Source: Octopus sinensis (lineage: Eukaryota). From it: a stretch of 64,000 nt of DNA. How positions within the stretch are numbered: the first letter of the stretch is position 1; each line of letters opens with the position of its first letter. The position numbers and the translations under genes were made by a program. The notes under the pieces are model-generated. The model ran no database searches. It saw nothing but the letters and a program-made list of their open reading frames with translations, and had not been told where the DNA came from. Below are positions 24,749 to 36,700 of this stretch, piece by piece. The stretch covers positions 2,728,001 through 2,792,000 of the forward strand of contig NC_043021.1 of NCBI RefSeq assembly GCF_006345805.1. The letters run 5' to 3'.

Positions 24749-27700
24749 CTTGTTGCATTTGATTACAAAGAAGTTTTATTTGAAACGTTTTGACTTTGAT
24801 TTTCTCTCTTTCAGCTGCACCTGCTGCTGCTGAGAACAACACAAACAGTGAGTATTTTCTTTTAAGTATTTGTTTTTCTTGTAGAGAACGTCACAAACCT
24901 TGCTTCATCTGAGATATATCCATCAATGAGTGATTAAAACTTATCAACTGTGACCAAAGAGATTATCCACCGTCCACACAAATTAGACTGATTTGAGTTC
25001 TTTTCGTACTTTCTTACCACCTGCCACTGAGAACTGAACCGAAATTCCTTCAAATGTGATGTTGGTTCCTGCAATAAGGAATTTTAGCAATCACTTCTTC
25101 GATTAACTAATCCTAAATAATCTTCCCAAAATTAATCTATTTTGATTAGATTACATGACAAACATTGAGCTTTTCTCTTCATCGTTAGAAAGAATTCAAT
25201 TATAGGCACTTGTTGATTCTTTTGTGGACACCCAAATATACCGCATTTTCTAGAATACCAGTTGAATTTTTCAAACCAAAATTTACAGCCCCTAAAATCC
25301 AAAGGTAGAATACTTGACATGTCTAAAGAAAATGTAGATTCATGTCCAACAGGGCAGCCTTTGACTTTTCCTTTCCAAAAGGGATTTTTAACCCAATATT
25401 TATTCAGTATTCTTTATTGCTTTATCTGCTTCAAAAAAAAAAAAAAAAAAAGAAGAATTTCACATTTTCTTGAAGTTTGTAGAATTTCTGTAATGTCAGC
25501 AAAAAAGGTAGGTTGACTTCTTACACCAAGACAACTTTGGAGGATCAAAAATTCCATATCAAATTCTAGGATTTGGAAGGATAATGACAGCATTTGAACA
25601 TTTACACTATCATACTATGTAAGCATCACCTCTTAAGAAATTAATTGCAAGAATTATGTTCCCAGTTATAAATTCTTAGTAGTGCTAACCTATTAATATT
25701 CAAATTATTCTGTAAAGTGTTACCTCGTTATTGTATTCAGTTTGCAAGATTTAATGAGTTGGCCCAACACCTACAGCTCTCACACAACTGGTTGGCAAAA
25801 GTTGTACTTTTACATGTCTCTGTGTTTCTCTTTGCCATTATAAACTTCTTGGCTTCTTTCCACATTTAAACCTTTCTTTATAATTTGAATTTTCTTGTTT
25901 ATCAGGTCTTCCTGCACCTTCCAAGCCTCCGTCTGTTCCCATACCAAACAGTGAGTTACATGTTTCCTTTCTGACAATTCCTTTCATTATTAAACCTCCG
26001 CCTTAGCGAAGGCATTGTTTTCAGTTGTGTTTGTTTGTCTGTGGACAAGATTATCTCAAGAATTGCTGGATAGATTGGATGAAACGTTCAGGGATGTTTG
26101 GCCTTGTGACTGGCACAAACTGATTAGATTTTGGGATCGATCTGGTAACAGACAAGGATTCTGGATTATTTTTCCCCCTTTTTTTTTTCCATTTCACTAC
26201 TTAATCTTTGAGAGCGGTCAGGTTCATTTTTAGTATTCTCGTTTGTGAGAGTAGTCGAGTTTATTTCAAATATTCTCAATTTAAAAATCATCTCCCAGGG
26301 GCATCCTGTTTTGAATTCCTCTGTGTTCAAATTCCACCAAGGTTGACTTTGCCTTTCATAGTTTCAGGATCCATAGAATACGTACCAGTTGTGCACTGGG
26401 GTCAATGTAATCTACTAATCCCTTCCCACAATGTTGCTGGCCCTGTGACAAAATTTGTAATCATTTTGTTATTATTAAGGCAGCGAGCTGGCAGAATCGT
26501 TAGCACACCATGGAAAATGCGTTGTGGCATTCCATCCATTCTTATTTTGCAAGTTCAAATTCTGCCGAGGTTGATGTTTGCCTGTCATTCTTCCGGGGTC
26601 AATAAAATAAGTACCAGTGGAGTACTGGGGTCAATGTAATCGACTTGCTCCCAAAATTCCTAGCCTTGTACCACCTCTTTTAATACTAGTCCCTCCTCAG
26701 TTGAGGGATCTTTGTTTTGCAAGTTACTTGGGACTATCTTGGTGCTTTTGCCATGTAAAAAGTCCCTATACCCTCTCTCTCTCTTTCGGAGAGGCACTGA
26801 GCAGCTATACGCACACATACACACACGGCAGTAACTTCCACCTACCGATTCAATCAAAGCTTCGGTCGACTCGAGGCTATAGCAGAAGACACCTACCCAA
26901 AGTGCCACGCAGTGGGACTGAACCCGAAACCATGTAGTTGGGAAGCAAGCTCCCTAACCACACAGCCATGCCCGATGGTTGGCATTAGGGAGGCGATCCA
27001 ATCCTAGAAACCAAGCCAAAGTAGACAGCAGAACTTGGTGTGGTCCTGTAGCTCACCAGCTCTTACCAAATCGCCCAACCCATGCCAGCATAGAAAACAG
27101 ACATTTTCAATAGTGATAGTGGTAATGATGATATTTCATTTCCTTTGGTTCTAGGGACACCTTTAGGTAGTGGCCCTGTCGTTAATAATAAACCACCTGG
27201 TCTTCCTACAACTCCAGGAGGAACTGGCAGAATTCATGCCATCGCAGGACTCTCGCTCTACCAAAATAGGTAAGTTGCCTTTTTGTTCTCCTGTTTTTAG
27301 CTTGAATGAATTGGAGTCTTTGAGAATCTAAGCATTGACATGTTTTGAACTTAGTGGAACGTCCGTTCAGATAAATATATTACAGTCAGCAGTCAATGGC
27401 AGCACAACTAGCAATGAGTCTGCGAGTCGCCCTGGGAGGCATGGGATGGAAATGCAAAGGAAGCGTGTCGCAGGACCCTAAAGTGGGTCCAGGAACGAAC
27501 GAACAACTGTTAACGATGGTGAAAGTGTAATGATGGTTGCTTCTAATAGGACCCCGAGGAGGAGGTGCCCACAGGGTCTATTCCCCACACCACCCACAAG
27601 TCTCCCTGGAATGGTGGGCAGAGGAGATGGTCAGGTGGAATGGCATTTCATTGAATCATCCTGTAGCATTCGTTGCATGCAAAAGAGAAGAATTAACCAT

Positions 27701-30700
27701 GGTTCATTGGTCTTGGAATATTCAACCTGTCAGAAGTATTTGGTGATGGCATTGATAAAGGATTGCAGAGTTTCTTCCTTATTTCAAATTGTTACTTACA
27801 TCACATCACCTGAGTGCTTTGCTCCAGTCTGGCCAATACTCCATGAGTGAATTCAAAAGATGGAAACTGTGGAAGACCATTGTATATATGTATTAATGTG
27901 TCTGTGTCTCCCACCACCACTGTTTGGTAACCAGTGTTGGTTTGTTTATATCCCCATAACTTAGCTGTTTGGCAAAAGAGACCAATAAAATAATTATGCA
28001 GTGGCTTCTATATAATAGCAGAATGAATACCAGACATCAAAATATAAAAAAAAAGAAAAAGTATTGGAGTTGATTTGTTCAATGTAAGCAGTCTGAGGTG
28101 GTGCTCCAGCATGACCACAATCCAATGGCTGAAACAATTGAAATACATATATTTCACTGTATCGACTAGACAATCAATGTTATACACCACTGATCACAGT
28201 GCACTTCCTTGCGTTGTTGTAGCTTTTGAATGATGCCACCCTGCTGGTTTGCCTGGCAGTCCCCCCCCCCTCATCGCAGGGTAGGGTTACCACCCATTTA
28301 CAGTTAAGTGGGCTAAAAATAACAAGGAAAGAAGTGTTTTGCACAAGTCCGGGAATCGAAACCGTGATTTCGCAATTGTGAGTGCAACACCCTAACCTCA
28401 AGACCACAAACCTTCACACACACACATTGTACACTACCGTCAGAAATTAATTAGCACCCTTGATTTGCTCTTCACTCAAGGTATGTGCTGTCACCTAGTG
28501 GCCATATCTCGAACTATTGCTTTGTTGCGAGTTCACTGTTGCGCAGAACGATGACGTAACTTTGTTTGCAGAGCAGTTTGAGAGTCTACAGCCTTATGAT
28601 GTTGACATAGCAGTGCAACAACAACTTGGAGTGCGGATGCAGACAAATCTTCCTTTCTTTAATAGATATAGGTAGCGCTTCGCAAGGACCGAAATCACAC
28701 CATACTAAGTTTTCTCATCGCGTAAGACGTTTTGAACAGCTCATAGGTTAATTGATTTAACCTATTTAATGTAGAAATTTGAGAAGTGCTAATTAATTTC
28801 TGACGCAAGTGTATATGCCTTAACTTTATTGTTTTCAACAGATGGAAGATTTGTGCGCGAGTGACCCATAAATCTGCTGTGAGGAACTGGAGTAACTCTC
28901 GTGGGGAGGGCAAGCTGTTCAGTGTTACGTTCCTCGATGACAGCGGTGAAATCCGGGCCACAGGATTTAATGATGCAGTTGACAAGTTCTTTGAATTTCT
29001 TCAAGTTAACAAGGTAAGTTTCACCTTCGTTTTGTTATACCTGTATCATCATCATCATCATCATCATCGTTTAACGTCCGCTTTCCATGCTAGCATGGGT
29101 TGGACGGGTCAACTGGGGTCTGTGAAGCTGGAAGGCTTCGTCAGGCCCAGTCAGATCTGGCAGTGTTTCTACGGCTGGATGCCCTTCCTAACGCCAACCA
29201 CTCCGCGAGTGTAGTGGGTGTTTTTTACGTGCCACCTGCACAGGTGCCAGACAGAGCTGGCAAACGGCCACGAACGGATGGTGCTTTTACGTGCCACCGA
29301 CATGGGGCCAGACAGAGCTGGCAAACGGACACGAACAGACGCTGCTTTTACGTGTCACCGGCACGGGGGCCAGCCGAGGCTGGCAACGAACACGAACGGA
29401 TGGTGCTTTTACGTGCCACCGACACGGTTGCCAGACAGAGCTGGGTAAATTAACTGAGTCCTGTTAATTTAATTAACTCAGCCACCATACTCTGTACCCT
29501 TGACTTCATTGTGACACCTCTTACTGTAAAAGGTTCAGAAAAGGTACAATACAGACAAGAAAGTGATATTTTGAATTTTGAACGCAGAATCAGTGTTAAA
29601 ATAGCAGAAAGATTGGGTGTTAATACTCTTACATCATCATCATCATCATCGTTTAACGTCCGTTTTCCGTGCTAGCACGGGTTGGATGGTTCGACCGGAG
29701 TCTGGGAAACCAGGAGGTTGCACCAGGCTCCAGTCTGATCTGGCAGTGTTTCTACAGCTGGATGCCCTTCCTAACGCCAACAACTCCAAGAGTGTAGTGG
29801 GTGCTTTTTTACATGCCAGGGGAGTCTGGCAACGGCCACGATCGGTTGGTGCTTTTAACGTGCCACCGGCACGGAAGCCAGCCAAGGCGGCGCTGGCATG
29901 AAAAGTTGTTAACAAACAGCCATGATACACATTCAACTGGCTCCTGTGCCGGTGGCACATAAAAGGCACCGTTCAAACATGGTTGATGCCAGTCCCACCT
30001 GACTGGTTCCCGTGCTGGTGGCACATAAAAAGCACCCACTACACTCTGGGAGTGGTTGGCATTAGGAAAGGCATCCAGCTGTAGAGTCCTTGCCAGATCA
30101 GATTGGAACCTGGTGCAGCCTTCTGGCTTTGCCAGTCCCCAGTCAAACCATCCAACCCATGCCAGCATGGGAAAACGGATGCTAAACGATGATGATGTCT
30201 ATTTATTAGTGGAGTCTCATGTAAATTAATTTTTTGTTTTAATCTTGGAATTAAATGGTTTTGATTAACTGTCAGGTGACTTTTGGCCAACCCTGTATCC
30301 ATACAACGGTTGTTTAGAGATGAGTTTTAAAGTTGACTCCTTCTTAACATTCAGTGTCCACTTTTCCATGTTTGCAGGGGTCACTTGGAATTTAAGGCAG
30401 TGCTCCAGCATGGCTACAGTCAATGTAATTTAAAGCAACCCAAACATGGGGTTTCTTTTCTTTCTTTTTTTCTTTAACCTATTCCGTTTTTCTTTGTTAT
30501 TTCAGGCTTATTACGTGAGTAGAGCCACTCTAAAGATGGCAAACAAGAAATTTAGTTCTGTGCAGAATGACTTTGAGATGACTTTCAACTCTGACACAGT
30601 CATTGAGTTGTGCACAGAGAACACAAATTTGCCCACCATCACATATGATTTTAAGCCATTGAAAGACCTGGGCCAAATTGAACCTAACACTATTATTGGT

Positions 30701-33700
30701 GAGTGAATCTTTTCTCTGTTTCTAAACTACTTGTACTAATTGTGACGACATTCACCCTAGGCAGGTTGAGTCGGCTTCTTCTACTCGTGGAAGAAGTTTC
30801 GTGGGAATATGTGGATTTCACAAGCGGTCCCCAACAATCCTGCATGTAGAGACATCCTGTTTGCCGCAGATTGTCCGCAGACGCAGGGACAGAACGACCA
30901 AGGAGCCGCCGTTTGCCGAAACAGACACTCCGAGGATTTTCACCAGAACCCTGTCTGCTGGGTTGTGGCCCTAATACCACTCGGTGTTAGACCAATCCGC
31001 CTTGGGTGGCCCTACCAGGAACCGAAGTTCACGACGGCATAGCTCTGACACTACCCGTTGCCAGCGTCCCCACCACGGTGAGGAGGGGATGGACTTGGGG
31101 GACACAAACAGACACTCCGAGGATTTTCACCAGAACCCTGTCTGCCGGGTTGTGGCCCTAATACCACTCAGTGTCAGACCAATCCGCCTTGGGTGGCCCT
31201 ACCAGGAACCGACGTTCCCGATGGCATAGCTCTGAAACTACCCGTTGCCAGCGTCCCCACCACGGTGAGGAGGGGATGGACTATGGGGGACGCTCTGTTT
31301 CTAAAAACTGTGTTTTCCAGTTGATGTATATTGTGTAACCATGCAGTGTAAACGTTCAAATATTGACAATATCTTTCCAATTCCTGATGTATTTCACAAG
31401 GAATATTCAGTCCTCCAAAGTCATTTTCGTTTATAAGTCAACCTACCATTTTTGGCAATAAATTTTGGTCTAAGAAATTCAACTTAGATTCTGGAAAATA
31501 TGGCACTGCTGCATTTTAACCCTGTAAATGTCTAACTCATCCAGTCTCTTCTTGTTTTTCTTTTCCACTTATTTGATGCTTCTTCAATTAAATTTCACAC
31601 TAGCTTATCCTTTCACTATCATATTTGTTAAAATACTCTGCAATTATTGCAAATAACTTTAAAACAACAAGGAATTTTGTAAAATAACTTTGTGGTTATT
31701 TTACTCTGGAGTTTTGAATATAAAAAGCACCCACTACACTCTTGGAGTGATTGGCATTAGTAAGGTTATCCAGCTGTAGAGACCTTGCCAGATCAGATCA
31801 GATTAAACCGTCCAACACATGCCAGCATAGAAAGCGGATTTTAAACGATAATAATGATGATTAACCCTTTCGTTACCAACCCGGCCAAAACCGGCTCTGG
31901 CTCTAGTATAAATGTCTTGTTTTCATAAGTTTTTCATTAAAATCTTCCACCAAACCTTAGTCACAATTTATGATCCTAACACTAGCTTAATGATAACCAA
32001 GTTATTTTACTAAATTCTTTGTTATCATCATCATCGTTTAACGTCCGTTCTCCATGCTAGCATGGGTTGGACGGTTCGACCGGGGATCTGGGAAGCCAGA
32101 AGGCTGCACCAGGCTCCAGTCTTATCTGGCAATGTTTCTACAGCTGGATGCCCTTCCTAACGCCAACCACTCCGTGAGTGTAGTGGGTGCTTTTTACGTG
32201 CCACCTGCACAGGTGCCAGGCGAGGCTGGCAACGGCCACGGTCGGATTGGTGTATTTTATGTGCCACCGGCACGGAAGCCGGTCGAGGCGGCACTGGCAT
32301 CGGCCACGAGTCAAAATAATTGAAAGAAGCACAGAACATCTCAAAATGAATACGGTAATGAAAGGGTTAACTCTGGCATCCTGATTACTCTGTCAAATTT
32401 CACTGTTTTCAATTACTCATGTATTAACTCATAGCTTTTGAAGTATTGATGATGTAACTGCTTAGAATGACAGTGTAGAGTAGGTGTGAGAGGTCAGATC
32501 TGGCTGGTTTGACCCGTAGAATATTCAGGACAAATATTGTGTTAGCACGCCGGGCGAAATGCTTAGCGGTATTTTGTCTGCCGTTGCGTTGTGAGTTCAA
32601 ATTCTGCCGAGGTCGACTTTGCCTTTCATCCTTTCAGGGTCGATAAATTAAGTACCAGTTACACACCGGGGTCGACGTAATCGACTTAATACCTATGTCT
32701 GTCCTTGTTTAGCCCCTTGTGGGTAATAAAGAAATAGGTATTTCGTCTGCCGTTGCGTTGTGAGTTCAAATTCTGCCGAGGCCGACTTTGCCTTTCATCC
32801 CTTCGGGGTCGATAAATTAAGTACCAGTTACACATTGGGGTCGATGCGATCGACTTAATACCTACGTCTGTCCTTGTTTGTCCCCTCTGTGTTTAGCCCC
32901 TTGTGGGTAATAAAGAAATAGGTATTTCATCTGCTGTTGCGTTGTGAGTTCAAATTCTGCCAAGGTCGACTTTGCCTTTCATCCTTTCGGGGTCGATAAA
33001 TTAAGTACCAGTTACGCACTGGGGGTCGACGTAATCGACTTAATACCTATGTCTGTCCTTGTTTGTCCCCTCTGTGTTTAGCTCCTTGTGGGTAATAAAG
33101 AAATAGGTATCAAAAGGGTCACGGTATCTGGCTTGGTGCTTTGTAACATGTCATTCGAAATGGGTTTTTTTTTGGTGGAATTATGATAATAAAACAAAGT
33201 TCCATAGACGTTATTGCATCAAGTTTGAGGCAACGATTTATAAAGGGACTAGCAGTATCACCCGGCGTTGCTCGGGTTTGTAAGGGAAATAACTATATAA
33301 GCATTTTTAGAGATGTAAAGTATAATAGCCATCTCAATATGGTTAACCACATTTTGGTTGTTACTGTAGCTTTTTACGTTCTGAGATTTAATAATAAATT
33401 TTTAGAGTTACTTCTCTTATATATGCCAAAAATGCATTAAAAATGGGAAAAATTGATGGTAAATTTTTTTTTAAATCGTAGACTCATCGTAGACGCGCAC
33501 TAATACCCAGAAGGGCTCGATATGAATCACGACTATAAGATACCCGGTTTTGGTTAAACTGCACCGCAAAGTGTGGGAGTAGTTAGGAATCTAAATCGTA
33601 GGAGACAGACACTCACACAACCTCACTTTTATATATAAAGATATGACGAAAATTTTTCTTTTAACTATGTTTTCTCATCATTTGCAGACGTAATTGGTGT

Positions 33701-36700
33701 CGTGACCAATGTTGGAGATATCACCACAGTGGTTGGACGGCAATCTAATAAGGAATTCTCAAAGCGCGACCTGCAACTTGCTGACCAGTCGGGCATGTCC
33801 GTCCGATTTACCATTTGGGGAGGCGATGTGAGTTCTAGCTTAAACCTTTTATTTTTCATCTTTTTCACTACCCCTCCCCCCGGGGTCATCTCTTGAAGAA
33901 TTGGTTGATTCATCAGTGTATGGAACCTTGCTCTGTTTCTTCTGGTTATTATCCTCATTGTTTTAACACCCACTTTTCAGTGCTTCTCTTTTATCTCTTT
34001 TACTTGTTTCAGTCATTTGACTGCGGCCATGCTGGAGCACCGCCTTTAGTCGAGCAAATCGACCCCAGGACTTATTCTTTGTAAGCCCAGTACTTATTCT
34101 ATCGGTCTCTTTTGCCGAACCGCTAAGTGACGGGGACGTAAACACACCAGCATCGGTTGTCAAGCAATGCTAGGGGGACAAACGCAGACACACAAACATA
34201 TACACACACACTTATATATATATATATACACATATACGACAGGCTTCTTTCAGTTTCCGTCTACCAAATCCACTCACAAGGCATTGGTCGGCCCGAGGCT
34301 ATAGTAGACACTTGCCCTAGGTGCCACGCAGTGGGACTGAACCCGGAACCATGTGGTTGGTAAACAAGCTACTTACCACACAGCCACTCCTGCGCCTACA
34401 TGGGTCAGACGGAATTTGTTGAGCGGAAATTTCTAGGGCTTTCAGACCCTCGCGTCCCCAATTAAAAGTAACATTTCCTTATGCCCAGACATGTTTTCTC
34501 ACAATACTCGAAACAAACAACCCCTCTTGTATAACAGTGATGCTCACTTACAACCATCACATGATGTGTCAAGGCAAGGACAGCCATGCTGGAGCACCAC
34601 CTTGAAGGATTTCAGTCAAATGAATCAATCCCAGTACTTCTCTAACTCTTAAGCCTGGTAATTATTCTATCAGTCCCTTTAGCTGAACTGTTAAGTTACA
34701 GGGACATAAACACACCAACACCGGTTATCAAGTGGTGGTAGGGGACAAACAAAAACAGACATGCATACATATACATACATACATACATACAACAGGCTTC
34801 CTTCAGTTTCCATCTACCAAATCCACTCACAAGGCTTTGATCAGCCTGGGTCTATAGAAGACATTTGTGCAAGGTGCCGTGCAGTGGGACTGAACCCAGA
34901 ACCATATGGTTGGGAAGCAAGCTTCTTCATCACAAAGCCACGCCTGCACCTGAATTGCTAATACACAATACCAGTGACCAGTGGTGGGTTGGTGGGTTTG
35001 TTATAGGGCCCCAGGTGCCTTGTGGTATTCCTTCCAAGCACTATTTGGGTTTGGGAATCATTGTCTTAATCTGTGGCCTGGTTTCATACCACCCCAACCA
35101 CCTGGTCTTTGGGGTTCCTTCAGCATTGGGCTCATGTTTGAGGATACCTTCTTCACCCCCACCACCACCAATCGTATGACGCGGTGGGGGACAGGGTTGA
35201 GATCCCTGCAAAGATAAGAACCAAGAATACACCGTCCTTTCTTCTCGTTTTTGCTAAACTATTTCTCTATCTCTGTCATCGTCATCATCATTTATTTTGT
35301 TTTTGTTTTCTTTTTCTTTGTCTTTCTTTCTCCCAGGCTGAGAGCTTCCAAGATAACAAAAACCCTGTGGTTGCAGTCAAAGGAGCCAAGGTTTCAGACT
35401 GGGGAGGTAAATTCCTTTTGAAATTGAATTTCAAAGATTTTGGATCTTTTATTTTCAGACCTGTGTTACAGTCATTTGGATGACATTAGTCTGTATCTGG
35501 TGTCGAGGGGAGAGTGGCATGATGCCTTCATCACCATTACTCCCAGCTTTGTTCTGACCCACAACAGCCCCTCCCCCATCCATCCATGGGTTAAATCGAT
35601 TTCCCAGGCTTTGGTCAGCCCAAGGTTATCACAGAAGACCCTCACCCAAGGCACCATGCAGTGGGACCGAACCTGGGCCCATGTGGTTGGGAAGCAAGCT
35701 TCTTACCATACAGCCATGCCTCCGCCTATACAAATACATAGATGTAACCTTCTACTTCTTACAGTCGTTGGACTGTGGCCATGCTGGGGCACTGCCTTGA
35801 CAGTTTCAGGCAAACAAATCAACTCCAGCCTCTTTTTTTTTTAAGCCTGATAATTATTCTATCAACTGAAGTTACTGGACCATAAACAAACCAACACCAG
35901 TTGTCAAGCGGTGTGTGTGTGTGATGGGCTTCTTTCAGTTTCTGTCTATCAGATTCACTCCCAAGACACAGATTTGCCCCAGGTCTATAGTAGATGACAC
36001 AGTGCCACACGCTGCATAAGACTGAACTCGGGATCCTGTGGTTGGGAAGCAAACTTCTTACCACACAGCCACACCTACGCCTTATCCAGACGTGTGTGTG
36101 TGTGTGTGTGTATCTTATCACGTGGCTCTGGTTTCAATCTCACTGCATGGCACCTTGAGCAAGTGTCTTCTACTATAGCCTCAGATCGACCAAAGCTCTC
36201 TGAGTGGACTTGGTAGATAGAAACTGAAAAGAAGCCCATTGTGTGTGTGTGTGTGTGTGTGTGTCCCCCCTCTGACACCTGGTGTTGGTGTGTTTATGTC
36301 ATTGTAACTTAGAAGTTTGGCAAAAACTGATAGAATAAGTCCTGGGCTTGATTCATTCAACTAGAATTCTTTGAGGCACTGCTCCTGTCTTTAGTCTAAT
36401 GTGAAACAAGAACACGGGTGTATATAAAGAGTAATGGCCTCCTTCAGTCACGAATGACCGTGGGATTGAACCCGGAAAGTTCCATTCCGAGGGAAAAATC
36501 AGGGCAAGGTTATTTATGGAAGACCACCAGTCGCTCATGCGTACCAGCCTCTCTTCTTCATGTCATAGGTGTTGTCCAAGGGAAAGAAAGGCAAAGGGGC
36601 CAATACAGCTTGGCACCAGGGACGTTGCAACTCACTTCTACGGCTGAGTAAACTGGAATAACATGAAATGAAGTGCCTTGCTCAAGAACACAAAACACAG

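Larger units (their letters stand above)
30727..31293 (-). mobile_element. Non-autonomous RTE-like retroelement (duplicated 5' leader plus short 3' end), antisense in RPA1 intron 10
   Basis: Flanked by a 13-bp direct repeat CTCTGTTTCTAAA (30714-30726, 31293-31305). GC-rich, with two tandem ~188-nt units carrying GAGCTATGCC...CCTGGTAGGGCCACCCAAGGCGGA, which resembles RTE/BovB 5' leaders (from memory). There is a 3' stem-loop CTTCTTCCA-CGAG-TAGAAGAAG and the element ends ...AGTACAAGTAG. Confidence 0.75.

Noticed and set aside
29215-29445. Repeat-spacer-like arrays of GGTGCTTTTACGTGCCACC resembling CRISPR
   Set aside because: The locus is eukaryotic and intronic, the spacers are homologous to each other, the arrays are embedded in a retroelement, and there are no cas genes.
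30919-31293. Twister-ribozyme interpretation of the CCCAAGGCGG segment
   Set aside because: It lacks the twister AAGCCC loop and UAA cleavage segment. The HDV-like register fits far better.
32054-32323. Recurring ORFs such as MLAWVGRFD...[12 protein letters not shown] (also 44423, 45802, 29100, 38018, 40306)
   Set aside because: These are antisense readings of the family-C LINE 3'UTR. They have no splice context, are frameshifted differently between copies, and are not genes.
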